Origin: Azolla caroliniana
Taxonomy: Eukaryota; Plantae; Polypodiophyta
DNA: 64,000 nt
Direction of reading: 5' to 3'
Assembly: GCA_043228905.1 (NCBI GenBank)
Contig: JBHGNT010000001.1
Coordinates: 7,812,001-7,876,000, forward strand
Below are positions 24,153-34,354 of the stretch, piece after piece; position 1 is the stretch's first letter; each line of letters starts with the position of its first letter. The position numbers and the translations under genes were made by a program. The notes below the pieces were generated by a model. It was not told the DNA's origin. It worked only from the letters and a program-made list of their open reading frames with translations, and did not search any database.

Positions 24153-26279
24153 ATGAAGGGGGCGGATCTTGCAGAGGCCATGGCTTCGGCCGTGGATCGG
24201 ATAGTAAGCGCGCGCGAGGGCACCGGCGCCCTCGATAGAGCTATTGAGGCGGTCGTCGGAACGATCGGTCGATTCACCGGAAAAGATGCCACGAAGTACC
24301 TGGCGTCCTACAGTGCGGAAATGTTAATGCGGGACATTCCGGAAGACAGGCGTCTTGCCGGTTTTCCCCGAGTGGCGATGCCGAGCATCCACGCGGAGGT
24401 GCTCGAGGTGCGAGCGGAGAGCCGTACCTGGGAGGAGTTCGAAGGTCGGCTCCTGGAAAAATACGGACTGGACGACGCGCTCCGGCTTTCGAAGCGAAGC
24501 TTCATGGAGTGGGTGGAGTCTCCCGGGAAAGTAAGGAATGCGTCGGCACTCCTCCGGGAGTTCGAGGAGAACTTCGCGCGCCTTTCGGCGCTTGACAGGA
24601 TGGTCCTGGATACAAGCCGGGTCCTGCTGTTCGTCAAATCGGTTGACGAGAGGGATCGGAGTCACGTGGGCGCCCTGCTAGAAACCGAAGACGGGCTGAC
24701 AGCCGACTGGGCGGCGGTCAAGAGGGCCTGCGGCCGTTTCGACAAACGGCGAGAATGGGAGGATGACAGAGCAGCCGGGTCGGGCTCAGTCGCGGCGAGG
24801 AAACTCGAGCCGGCGCAGCCGGTGCGAAAGGAAGAGACTCGGGAATGGCTGGAATCTGGTTCAGCTCCGACCGGCGTGATCAGAGGCTCGACTGGAGGAG
24901 CTGCGTTGGAGGAACTGACGAGGGCGATAAAAGACCTCCAAATCGCACAAGCCCGCAGAGAAGGCGGAGAACCTGCTCGTGACCGACGGCCGGCGGCAGG
25001 GAACAGGTGCATGTGGTGCGACGGGGTCGGCCACATCCGAAAAGACTGCGGCGATTTCGCGGAGGCGCTGAGGAACCGGGTGGTGTACCTATGGGAAGGC
25101 CGGGTTCACGCCAACGACACGAGAAGGGCCCTAAACCGAAACGACGGGCGAGGCGGAATGAAGAGGTTGATGGAAGAGGCGGCGGCCCGACATGCGGAAA
25201 CCGTCCACTACTCGGCGTCGGCCGGTATTCGAGTCGGGGGCGGCGAGGCCCGAAAGGAAAGCAAAGCCGGATTCTGGCCGACGATGCTGGAAGGCCTTGC
25301 CGGTGCAGGGCTAAAAGGGGAGGAATCGGACCGTGCGGAGAAACGGGTACGGGAGATGACCGGGTGGAGCGACCCGGTCGAGGAAAAGACGGGCTTCGTG
25401 GAAGCCGCTTGCCGGAACTACGAGGCTCTGGTAGAAGAGAAGCGGGTGGGGAAACCCGGGACGACCGGGCCCTCACAACGATACGAGACCCGGTCCGGGC
25501 CACGACGGGACGAAGCCGGCGGGGCCGGTACGCAAGATAAACCCCAGAAGGGCGGGTACCGTCTGGGGACGGAGATAGAAAGAACCACGGACTTACGAAA
25601 GGTCCTGGAGGAACGGATCCTCGACAGCAAGGTGGAGCTGTCGCTACGGGAGGTGCTTGGAATCGCCAAGAAGGAGTTCCACGACTCCATCGTGGACTTG
25701 GTGAAACGGAAGAGGCTGTCAACGGAGACAGAACCGGAAAGACCGGTGGAAGTACGGACGACGCACCTAGACGACATGGCGCTGGGAGACGAGTGGGCGG
25801 AAAGCCACTATTCGAGACCGCACTGGGCACGAGCGACCACGGAAACCCCGGTGAAGATCGGCGATGTCCAGGAACCGGTGATAGCTTTGGTGGACCACGG
25901 ATCGGAGATCAATCTGATGTCCATGGACTTCTATAAGAAGGGCAAATGGCCGATCAACACCAAGCACGGGTGGAAAATAAGGGCAGCAACGCGCGCCACC
26001 GAGGAACTGCACGGGGCCTGTCCGAATGTGCGAGTCAAGATCGGCGACGTCGAGATTGACCAGCACTTCTTCGTGCAGGAGACGTCTTCGCATCCGGTCA
26101 TACTGGGAGAGCCGTACATCACGGCGGCGCGGATGGAGACCAAGGTGTTGGACAATGGTTCGGCCTACGCGAGGGTCAAAAGCCAAGACGGGCGCCATTC
26201 GGTCCAGTTTCTGACGGTACGGCCGAACCACGAACGTAACCGCGACTCCCTCGGTTCCGATAACCGAGAGGATTTTTAG
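24153..26279 (+). CDS. gag: B Gag-protease
   Basis: 708 aa; CMWCDGVGHIRKDC; LVDHGSEIN; ends EDF*. Confidence 0.95.
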   Translation: MKGADLAEAMASAVDRIVSAREGTGALDRAIEAVVGTIGRFTGKDATKYLASYSAEMLMRDIPEDRRLAGFPRVAMPSIHAEVLEVRAESRTWEEFEGRLLEKYGLDDALRLSKRSFMEWVESPGKVRNASALLREFEENFARLSALDRMVLDTSRVLLFVKSVDERDRSHVGALLETEDGLTADWAAVKRACGRFDKRREWEDDRAAGSGSVAARKLEPAQPVRKEETREWLESGSAPTGVIRGSTGGAALEELTRAIKDLQIAQARREGGEPARDRRPAAGNRCMWCDGVGHIRKDCGDFAEALRNRVVYLWEGRVHANDTRRALNRNDGRGGMKRLMEEAAARHAETVHYSASAGIRVGGGEARKESKAGFWPTMLEGLAGAGLKGEESDRAEKRVREMTGWSDPVEEKTGFVEAACRNYEALVEEKRVGKPGTTGPSQRYETRSGPRRDEAGGAGTQDKPQKGGYRLGTEIERTTDLRKVLEERILDSKVELSLREVLGIAKKEFHDSIVDLVKRKRLSTETEPERPVEVRTTHLDDMALGDEWAESHYSRPHWARATTETPVKIGDVQEPVIALVDHGSEINLMSMDFYKKGKWPINTKHGWKIRAATRATEELHGACPNVRVKIGDVEIDQHFFVQETSSHPVILGEPYITAARMETKVLDNGSAYARVKSQDGRHSVQFLTVRPNHERNRDSLGSDNREDF

Positions 26280-26335
26280 AGAGGGCTGCCAAGGCGTGGG
26301 GCCGCGACAGTCCGGACACCCCGGGAAAACCCCAC
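26270..26335 (+). promoter_or_regulatory. Predicted -1 ribosomal frameshift cassette (G GAT TTT, 6-nt spacer, pseudoknot)
   Basis: Stem GGGCTG/CAGTCC; loop GTGGGG pairs with downstream CCCCAC. Conserved in A, C, D, E and F. Confidence 0.8.
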
Positions 26336-29300
26336 ACCTGTACGATAAAACCGAAGAAACCTTGTACCATAGGTAGGGAATTTTTGTTCTCCGACAGCGG
26401 AGCGTGTGCGATGGTCGGCATCGCCGGCCGAGAGAAAACAAAGACGGAGGCGAGACTTCGAGCGTGCGGAGTTCTCGGCCCGGACGAGGAAATCAACGGA
26501 GCCGTGGAGGCGGTCTCATTCGACGACACCTTGGGAATGCTGGGAAAGGTAGTCGAAGAAGGCCTTAACGAAGACCGGACGATACCGGTGTGTTCCGAGG
26601 AGATGTACGAAGTCATCGCGGACTTCGGTCGAGGGCTCGAGTCAGTTCGGACGGCCCACGTAAACACCAAGTACAAGACTGTGGACCGGAAGGTAAGGCC
26701 AGTAGCGGCACCCTTACCGGAGGACAGCGCGTCGAGAATCAAAGGGGTTGCATCGGACCCTAGTCTACGAGATCCGGCCTGCATAGGGCACGCCTTCACT
26801 GACGAGACGCTCCGAGAGCTCAAAATCGGTGGGGGCGGGTTCCTACTGCCGGCGGAGGAAGACCGGTTTCGGAGAATGCTCGGAAGGCACGGGAAAGCCT
26901 TCGCATTCTCGCCGGAGGAAATCGGGTGCGTTGACCCGACGATCGTGGAGCCGATGGTGATATTCACGGTACCGCATGTACCATGGAATCTCAAGCCAAT
27001 CCCGGTTCCGAGAGCTCACATCCCGAAGTTGATGGAGCTGCTGAGGCAGAAAGTTGATATGGGAATTCTCGAGCCGTCGAGCGCCCCATATTCGAATCGA
27101 TGGTTTACCGTACCGAAGAAAAACGGTTCGCTGCGCTTCATCCAGGACCTGCAGCCGGTCAATCGAGTGACCATTCGGAACGCAGGGATCGGACCGACCA
27201 TAGACGAGTTCGCGGAGGCCTTCGCCGGAAGGTCAATTTACTCGGTCGGGGATCTATACTCAGGGTACGACCAGTTCCAGCTAGCCGTGGAGAGCAGAGA
27301 CATTACGACGATGCGAACTCCCCTCGGCCTAGTTCGGATGTGTACACTGCCGCAAGGAGGGACCAACTCGGTGGCCCACATGGTGAATGCGATGAACAAG
27401 GTTCTGAGGGACTGTATCCCGGACATCACCATGCCGTTTCTGGACGACATCCCGATCAAGGGATGCCCGGTGGAAGAAAAGGACGAGACGATCGGGCCGG
27501 ACGGATGCCGGCGATTCGTGGCGACGCACATCGACGACTGCGAGAAGGTGCTGCAAAGGCTAGAGGATGCGAGACTCACCTTCTCCGGGGAGAAGTCGGC
27601 CTTCGGACAGTCAGAAATCATGGTGGTCGGACACCTGTGCGGACCATATGGCCGGAAACCGTCTCCGGCAAAGGTAGAAGCCATCTCCGCGATGAAGCCC
27701 GACTGCAGCTCGGTCACGGAAGTACGGAGATTCCTGGGGGCATGCGCGTTCTACCACATGTGGATCCCGCATTACGCACACGTCGCGGAGCCACTGTACG
27801 GGTTGCTGAAAAAGGGGCGAAGGTTCGAATGGCTAGACGAACACGCGGAATCGGTCCGGAAGCTGAAAGAGGCCCTTGCAGCGGCACCGGCACTCCGGAA
27901 GGCGGTATACGGGAAGGGTACCCCGGTATTCATAACGGTGGATACCAGTCCGACCGGGATCGGATGGGTCGTGAACCAGGAAGACGAGGACGGCAATCGG
28001 TTTCCGATCCGATTCGGCGCGAAAGTCCTCAGTGAACGGCAGCGAGGATACGGCCAGGTTAAACGCGAACTCTGGGGTATTGTTTCGGCGGTTAAGGCCG
28101 ACAAAGACTACCTGATAGGGACAGAAGTGATCATCGAGACGGATTGCCTGCCGATTCTCGGAATGGTTTCCGGATGCGCGACTCCGGACCTGGCGATGCT
28201 CAGGTGGATAGCGTACATCAAGTCCCTGGACCCGGAAATACGACACCTTTCCGGGAAAGACAACGCCATGGCCGACATGCTTTCGAGGGCGAGGTTCGAC
28301 GACGAGGGCGGCATGGTTTCGGAAGACGAAGAAGTCGGCGTGGATTTCTTCGAGGCGGCATACATAACGACCGACGGGATGAGCACTCCGGCGCTTAACG
28401 AGTTCGACGCGAGCAAGTACGACGGGGAATGGCTGCAGATCGGCGGGTTTTTGAAGACAATGACGCCCGATGCGTCATGGACGAAGGACGAGGCCAACCG
28501 GATCCGGAAGAAAGCATATCGATTCTTTCTCCGAGATGGGCATCTATGGAAGCACCCGAAGAAGAGGGACGGCGTCCCGCTCCGAGTGGTGGCGGTGAAG
28601 GAAGTACAGGAGGAGCTACTGGCGGCCTACCACGACAGGCCTTGGGCTGGACACCGTGGAACGTGGGCGACGTTTGAGAAGCTGAAGGGAAAGTACTGGT
28701 GGCCGGGATTGTACCGGGACGTGCATCGGTTCGTGTCAACTTGCGAGAGTTGTCAGATGCACTCGATAGTCCGACACCGGGACGGGCTTCACCCTACGTA
28801 CCCTCCGACTATCCACTTCAAATGGATGGTAGATCTGGTGACGATGCCGATGGGGGTAGGACAGATGCGGTATCTGGTCCTAGCGCGGGAAGACCTGACG
28901 AACCAGGTGGAAGGCCGAGCCCTTCAGAACAAGACGACCGCGGCCGTGTGTCGGTTCCTAGTCGAGGACGTGATATGCCGGTACGGGTGCGTCGGGAAGA
29001 TCGTGGCTGACCGAGGGGAGTTGGACGCCGAAGAGGCCGCGGAGCTGTTCGACCGGCTTGGAGTCAAGCTCTCGCTCACCACTGCGTACAATCCGGAGGC
29101 GAATGGAAAGGTGGAGCGCGGACACGGACCGATCGTCAAGGCGTTGATTCGGGCATGCGGTGGCCGAGTCGGTAACTGGCCGCAGCTGCTACCTTATGCT
29201 TTGTGGGCAGACCGGACCATGCACAGTTCGGTAACCGGGTACATGCCGACGGAGCTCATGTTCGGCCAGAAGCCGATCATGCCGGTTGAACGGACGATCT

Positions 29301-29767
29301 CCTCGTGGGCAACGGTCGACTGGAGGGACGAGATGAGCCGGGAGGAGTTGTTGACCGCACGTATACGACAGCTCGAGCGGAGACCGGAGGACGTGGCACT
29401 GGCTACGGAGAAGCTCCGGGTGGCGAGGACGAAGAACAAAGCCCGGTTTGACCGAACGCACCGGCTACGACCGAAGAAAATCGGCGAAGGTGACTGGGTG
29501 CTCGTTTACGACAGCAGCCTCGACAACCAGCACCGAGCAACAAGGAAGTTCGCACGGAGATGGTTCGGGCCGTACACGGTACAGAGCGCCAACGACAACG
29601 GGACGTATCATCTGGCGGAACTCGACGGTACGAGAATAGCGATACCTGTGGCCGGGAAGAGGATCAAAGCTTTCAAGAAGCGGCACGACGACGAACCCGA
29701 CCCGATTCTCCTGGACAGCAGCGACGACCGATCCGAGGCCGAGGAAGGGCCGGCAGGCGAAGAGTAA
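26270..29767 (+). CDS. pol: B pol (RT-RNase H-integrase), -1 frame
   Basis: Open from the slippery site (FLERAAKAWGRDSP...). All catalytic motifs present; GPY module; no chromodomain. Confidence 0.95.
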   Translation, partial: GFLERAAKAWGRDSPDTPGKPHTCTIKPKKPCTIGREFLFSDSGACAMVGIAGREKTKTEARLRACGVLGPDEEINGAVEAVSFDDTLGMLGKVVEEGLNEDRTIPVCSEEMYEVIADFGRGLESVRTAHVNTKYKTVDRKVRPVAAPLPEDSASRIKGVASDPSLRDPACIGHAFTDETLRELKIGGGGFLLPAEEDRFRRMLGRHGKAFAFSPEEIGCVDPTIVEPMVIFTVPHVPWNLKPIPVPRAHIPKLMELLRQKVDMGILEPSSAPYSNRWFTVPKKNGSLRFIQDLQPVNRVTIRNAGIGPTIDEFAEAFAGRSIYSVGDLYSGYDQFQLAVESRDITTMRTPLGLVRMCTLPQGGTNSVAHMVNAMNKVLRDCIPDITMPFLDDIPIKGCPVEEKDETIGPDGCRRFVATHIDDCEKVLQRLEDARLTFSGEKSAFGQSEIMVVGHLCGPYGRKPSPAKVEAISAMKPDCSSVTEVRRFLGACAFYHMWIPHYAHVAEPLYGLLKKGRRFEWLDEHAESVRKLKEALAAAPALRKAVYGKGTPVFITVDTSPTGIGWVVNQEDEDGNRFPIRFGAKVLSERQRGYGQVKRELWGIVSAVKADKDYLIGTEVIIETDCLPILGMVSGCATPDLAMLRWIAYIKSLDPEIRHLSGKDNAMADMLSRARFDDEGGMVSEDEEVGVDFFEAAYITTDGMSTPALNEFDASKYDGEWLQIGGFLKTMTPDASWTKDEANRIRKKAYRFFLRDGHLWKHPKKRDGVPLRVVAVKEVQEELLAAYHDRPWAGHRGTWATFEKLKGKYWWPGLYRDVHRFVSTCESCQMHSIVRHRDGLHPTYPPTIHFKWMVDLVTMPMGVGQMRYLVLAREDLTNQVEGRALQNKTTAAVCRFLVEDVICRYGCVGKIVADRGELDAEEAAELFDRLGVKLSLTTAYNPEANGKVERGHGPIVKALIRACGGRVGNWPQLLPYALWADRTMHSSVTGYMPTELMFGQKPIMPVERTISSWATVDWRDEMSREELLTARIRQLERRPEDVALATEKLRVARTKNKARFDRTHRLRPKKIGEGDWVLVYDSSLDNQHRATRKFARRWFGPYTVQSANDNGTYHLAELDGTRIAIPVAGKRIKAFKKRHDDEPDPILLDSSDDRSEAEEGPAGEE

Positions 29768-29839
29768 AGGCGGGCCGGTTTTCTCCGTGCCAACTTAATT
29801 TGGCGCATGCCGGTGGATGCGCGGTTAGGTGGGGGCGGA

Positions 29840-30556
29840 TGTCGTGAAGAAAACCGCCCACAAGAGGAATCGGAGGAACAAGGCGTGGGAAACGGCTCTA
29901 CACACACACGCGCGCCAAGAAGTACCTAAGGACGAAGTAGGTACATACGAGGATCCTAGGTGGGTAGATTCGGTTGGTATGCAGTTAATGCCAAACGGCC
30001 TCTTGACGGGCTATAAAAGGAAGAGGAAGAATAGAAGTGGGGAATCTCCCGCGGAGAGGACGAAGTGCTGCCGAACCGATTTCGGAGCTTCTCACTCACT
30101 CCTGCTCTCTCTGTCTTCTGCTCCATCGCGTACTTGTGCAGGTTTCGAGGAGGCTTGCGCTGTTCCGTGGAACGCCCCGAGTGCGTCCTGCAGCACCTCC
30201 GACCTGTTTTCCCTTTCTGTGCGTCGCGACACACAGGGGTCGGCAGCTGTTCGCCGCCCTGTTCGTTTTCGTTAGTATCTATTTTGTGCCCCACCGTGGG
30301 TTGTAATACTTTAGTCTGTTATTTTCTTGCATTCATAAGCACATATCTCTCGTTGTTGCGTCCATCTGCGTCGGCGTCTATTTGTGATCTCTGTTTGTTG
30401 GGCCGTGTCCCTGTGAAATCGTCGGTTCTGCGCAATCGGATCTTCGGTTCTGTGTAATCGGGTCTCTCTCTCTTACTTCTCCCTCTCTTGCTCTTCGGTT
30501 CGAGACCCCCGTGGTCCCTCCTCCTTTCTACACGCAAGGGCGTAGCAACCCCGACA
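29840..30556 (+). repeat. B 3' LTR
   Basis: Direct repeat of 23393-24109. Confidence 0.97.
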
Positions 30557-31271
30557 ACGCCCGAAACCGCTGGTCCCAACTATCCGGTTCCGCAATCGGT
30601 ATCTCGGCCTCGTCCTTGGCCGTTCTATCTCTGCAAGTCGAGAGGACGTTTTGTTCCTCACCCTCTCCCGTGGTACCGTGGTACCGATCTTCCGTCATCG
30701 TGTGGGTCAGGTCCGTCTCCTCAGTCTCGGCTTGCGGCCTCGATCTTTCCTCTTCCTTGAGCATCACCTCGAGAGCTGCGTACGCCTCCGCAATCCTGGC
30801 CCCAACGCCGACCCTTGCCGACTCCCTTTGCCGTTCGGCCTCTTCCCGCTGTGATGGCACGCCGTCGCACGCCTTCCTCTTAGCCTTCTCGGCTCGCTCG
30901 TTGTCTAGCCGTTGGCACACCCTTCCGACCTTCGACTAGTCCTCCGTAAGCCCATTCGCTCCGTCATCGTCTTCAAGCTCAATCCCGATGGCCTCCCGTT
31001 CCGCTCGGTCGATTGACCTGACGAACAATAGAACTTTGTCCGCCCCCACGAAACCTTGTTCCCGCTTCGGGAGCCGAGCAAGCCATCGCTCGAACTCCCA
31101 GAACGCCTTCGTTGCGCCCTGATGGGTCTTTGCCGATGCAACCCACTAGTCGAAGTCGTGTCGTCCCCGGCTCTTCCGCCGTCCTCCATATGCCTGTAGG
31201 AGCGCCTCTTCAAAGGCCTCCCACGAACTATGAGTTGGTCAGAGCTCCTTCACTTCCGCGTGCATACGGAT

Positions 31272-31727
31272 TGTTGAGAGACAAGCTCAACATCGGCCGG
31301 ATCAGCTGAAGAAGCCGAGGACCGGATTGGTTGGGACCGATCGGTTAGGCCGAATGTGTAAACCGGTACGTAGACCGGTGCGTAGTTAGGGCCGGATCGG
31401 TGCGTAAACCGGGAAGCCGTTAGGAAAGATATTCCATAAGGAATATATTTGGGAGTTAGTGTAGGAGCTCTTAATGAGCATTGAAGTACTGTCAGTACTT
31501 CGGTCAGTCCTTCTAGGACTTGTATAAAAGTGTTCATCGAACACACATATGTATAGAATGGTGAATAGAGATTGAGAATTGTTTTTTGAATATAGTTCTT
31601 GTGTTTTCTCTCTATCACACTCTCTGTCTCTCTTGCGTATACTGTGTAAGCTCAAGCTCTCCATTAAACCTGAGATTTCTTCCTTCTGTTCTGTCTTCAT
31701 ACTTGCGTCCGCACGCTACTTTTTACA
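31272..31727 (+). repeat. K 5' LTR
   Basis: TGTTGAGAG...TTTTACA, followed by the PBS. Confidence 0.95.
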
Positions 31728-32404
31728 TGGTATTAGAGCGCGAGGGTTGAGAACCTCTCTGCAGCCGACACAACTTGACGAAGAAGAACAAGAAGAACGA
31801 TGGATAGAGGCATGGCGAGCTCGCTTCCAACAGAGAAGCTCGACAGAACCAACTACACGTTGTCGTGAAGAAAACCGTCCATAGGCGGAATCGGCGCACC
31901 AAGGCGTGGGAACCGGTTCTCCACGCGCGCACGCTCCGAGTTGTACATAGAAGCGAATTAGGAGGATAATCGGCGGGAACGGGCCCTAACACAAGTGGAG
32001 ACAAAGACCGCGCGAACAGTCTTTTCGGTCGCGCGCGCGAGCGAAGGAACTGTACGAGTCGGCGGCGTAACTACGCGGATGCGTGAAGGACGAAGCGAAT
32101 CCCTGTCCAAAAGGGACAGGGAATAAAGCTGACATGACGGCCTGCTCGTCGGCCTATATAAGGAGCAGGAAAGAGCTATTGCAGGGATCTCGCGTGGAGA
32201 GAACGAAGTGCTGTCGGACCGTTTCCGGACGCTTCTCTCTCTCTCTGTTTCCTTCCTTCTTGAGCTCCAGAGCTTTCTGTGCAGGGTTCCGAGGAGGCTT
32301 GCGCTGTTTCGAGGAACGCCCGAGTGCTTCCGGCAGCACCTCCGACCGGCTACCCCTTTGTGCGTCGAAGCGAACAGGCATCGGCATCTGTTCGCCGGCC
32401 TGTT

Positions 32405-34354
32405 CGGGACATTCCGGAAGAAAGGCGTCTTGCCGGGTTCCCCCGAGTGGCGATGCCGAGCATCCATGCGGAGGTGCTCGAGGTGCGGGCGGAGAGCCGT
32501 ACCTGGGAAGAGTTCGAAGAACGGCTCCTAGAGAAATACGGGCTGGACGACGCGCTCCGGCTTTCGAAGCGAAGGTTCATGGAATGGGTGGAATCCCCGG
32601 GGAAGGGAAGAAACGCGTCGGCACTCCTCCGGGAGTTCGAGGAAAACTTTGCGCGCCTTTCGGCGCTCGACCGAACCATCCTGGACACGAGCCGGGTCTT
32701 GCTGTTTGTCAAGTCGGTCGACGAGCGGGATCGGGAGCAAGTGGGCCTCTTGCTGGAAACCGAAGACGGGCTCACTACCGACTGGGCGGCTGTCAGGAAG
32801 GTCTGTGGCCGTTTCGACAAACGGCGAGAATGGGCGGATAACGGGGCAACCGGGTCGGGCTCGGTCGCAGCAAGGAAGCTCGAACCAGCGCCACAGGTGC
32901 GAAAGGAAGAGACCCGAGAGTGGTTGGAAACTGGTTCGGCTTCGACCGGCGTAGTCAGAGGCTCAACCGGAGGAGCGGCGCTGGAGGAATTGACGAAGGC
33001 GATAAAGGACCTCCAAATCGCGCAGGCCCGAAGGGAAGGAGGCGAACCGGCTCGTGACCGACGGCCGGCGGCAGGAAACCGGTGCATGTGGTGCGATGAA
33101 GTCGGCCACATTCGGAAGGACTGCGGCGACTTCGCGGAGGCGCTGAGGAACAGGGTGGTGTACCTGTGGGAAGGACGGGTGCATGCCAGCGACACCCGAA
33201 GGGCCCTGAGCCGAAACGACGGGCGAGGTGGTATGAAAAGGTTGATGGAAGAGGCGGCGGCCCGACACGCGGAAACCGTCCACTACTCGGCGTCGGCCGG
33301 CATTCGAGTCGGGGGCGGCGAGGCCCGAAAGGAAAGCAAAGCCGGATTCTGGCCGACGATGCTAGAAGGCCTTGCCGGTGCAGGGCTTAAAAGGGAGGAA
33401 TCGGACCGTGCGGAGAAACGGGTACGGGAGATGACCGGGTGGAGCGACCCGGTCGAGGAAAAGACGGGCTTCGTGGAAGCCGCTTGCCGGAACTACGAGG
33501 CTCTGGTAGAAGAGAAGCGGGTGGGGAAACCCGGGACGACCGGGCCCTCACAACGATACGAGACCCGGTCCGGGCCACGACGGGACGAAGCCGGCGGGGC
33601 CGGTACGCAAGATAAACCCCAGAAGGGCGGGTACCGTCTGGGGACGGAGATAGAAAGAACCACGGACTTACGAAAGGTCCTGGAGGAACGGATCCTCGAC
33701 AGCAAGGTGGAGCTGTCGTTACGAGAGGTGCTGGGAATCGCCAAGAAGGAGTTCCATGACTCCATCGTGGACTTAGTGAAACGGAAGAGGCTGTCGACGG
33801 AGACAGAACCGGAAAGACCGGTGGAAGTGCGGACGGCGCACCTAGACGACATGGCGCTGGGAGACGAGTGGGCGGAAAGCCACTATTCGAGACCACACTG
33901 GGCCCGAGCGACCACGGAAACCCCGGTAAAGATCGGCGATGTCCAGGAACCGGTGATAGCTTTGGTGGACCACGGATCGGAGATCAATTTGATGTCCATG
34001 GACTTCTATAAGAAGGGCAAATGGCCGATCAACACCAAGCACGGGTGGAAAATAAGGGCAGCAACGCGCGCCACCGAGGAACTGCACGGGGCCTGTCCGA
34101 ATGTGCGAGTCAAGATCGGCGACGTCGAGATTGACCAGCACTTCTTCGTGCAGGAGACGTCTTCGCATCCGGTCATACTGGGAGAGCCGTACATCACGGC
34201 GGCGCGAATGGAGACCAAGGTGCTGGACAATGGTTCGGCCTACGCGAGGGTCAAAAGCCAAGACGGGCGCCATTCGGTCCAGTTTCTGACGGTACGGCCG
34301 AACCACGAACGTAACCGCGACTCCCTCGGTTCCGAAAACCGAGAGGATTTTTAG
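32405..34354 (+). pseudogene. gag: C Gag-protease, N-terminally truncated and fused in frame to LTR sequence
   Basis: Gag homology starts at RDIPEERRLAG; ends EDF*. Confidence 0.9.

Larger units (their letters stand above)
23393..30556 (+). mobile_element. Element B: intact, very young Trp-primed Ty3/gypsy element (GC-rich subfamily)
   Basis: 717-bp LTRs with 2 mismatches seen, TSD ACGC (23389-23392 and 30557-30560), PBS, PPT ttaggtgggggcgga, open ORFs. Confidence 0.98.

Noticed and set aside
26176-26994. Recurrent long antisense ORFs over gag/pol (also 34251-35060, 60514-61323, 32350-33195, 58646-59458)
   Set aside because: Shadow frames of GC-rich coding sequence. They recur because the copies are near-identical, and they show no independent motifs.
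29560-29767. Chromodomain or env-like ORF after integrase
   Set aside because: Only a GPY module and a short acidic tail are present, with no room before the PPT.
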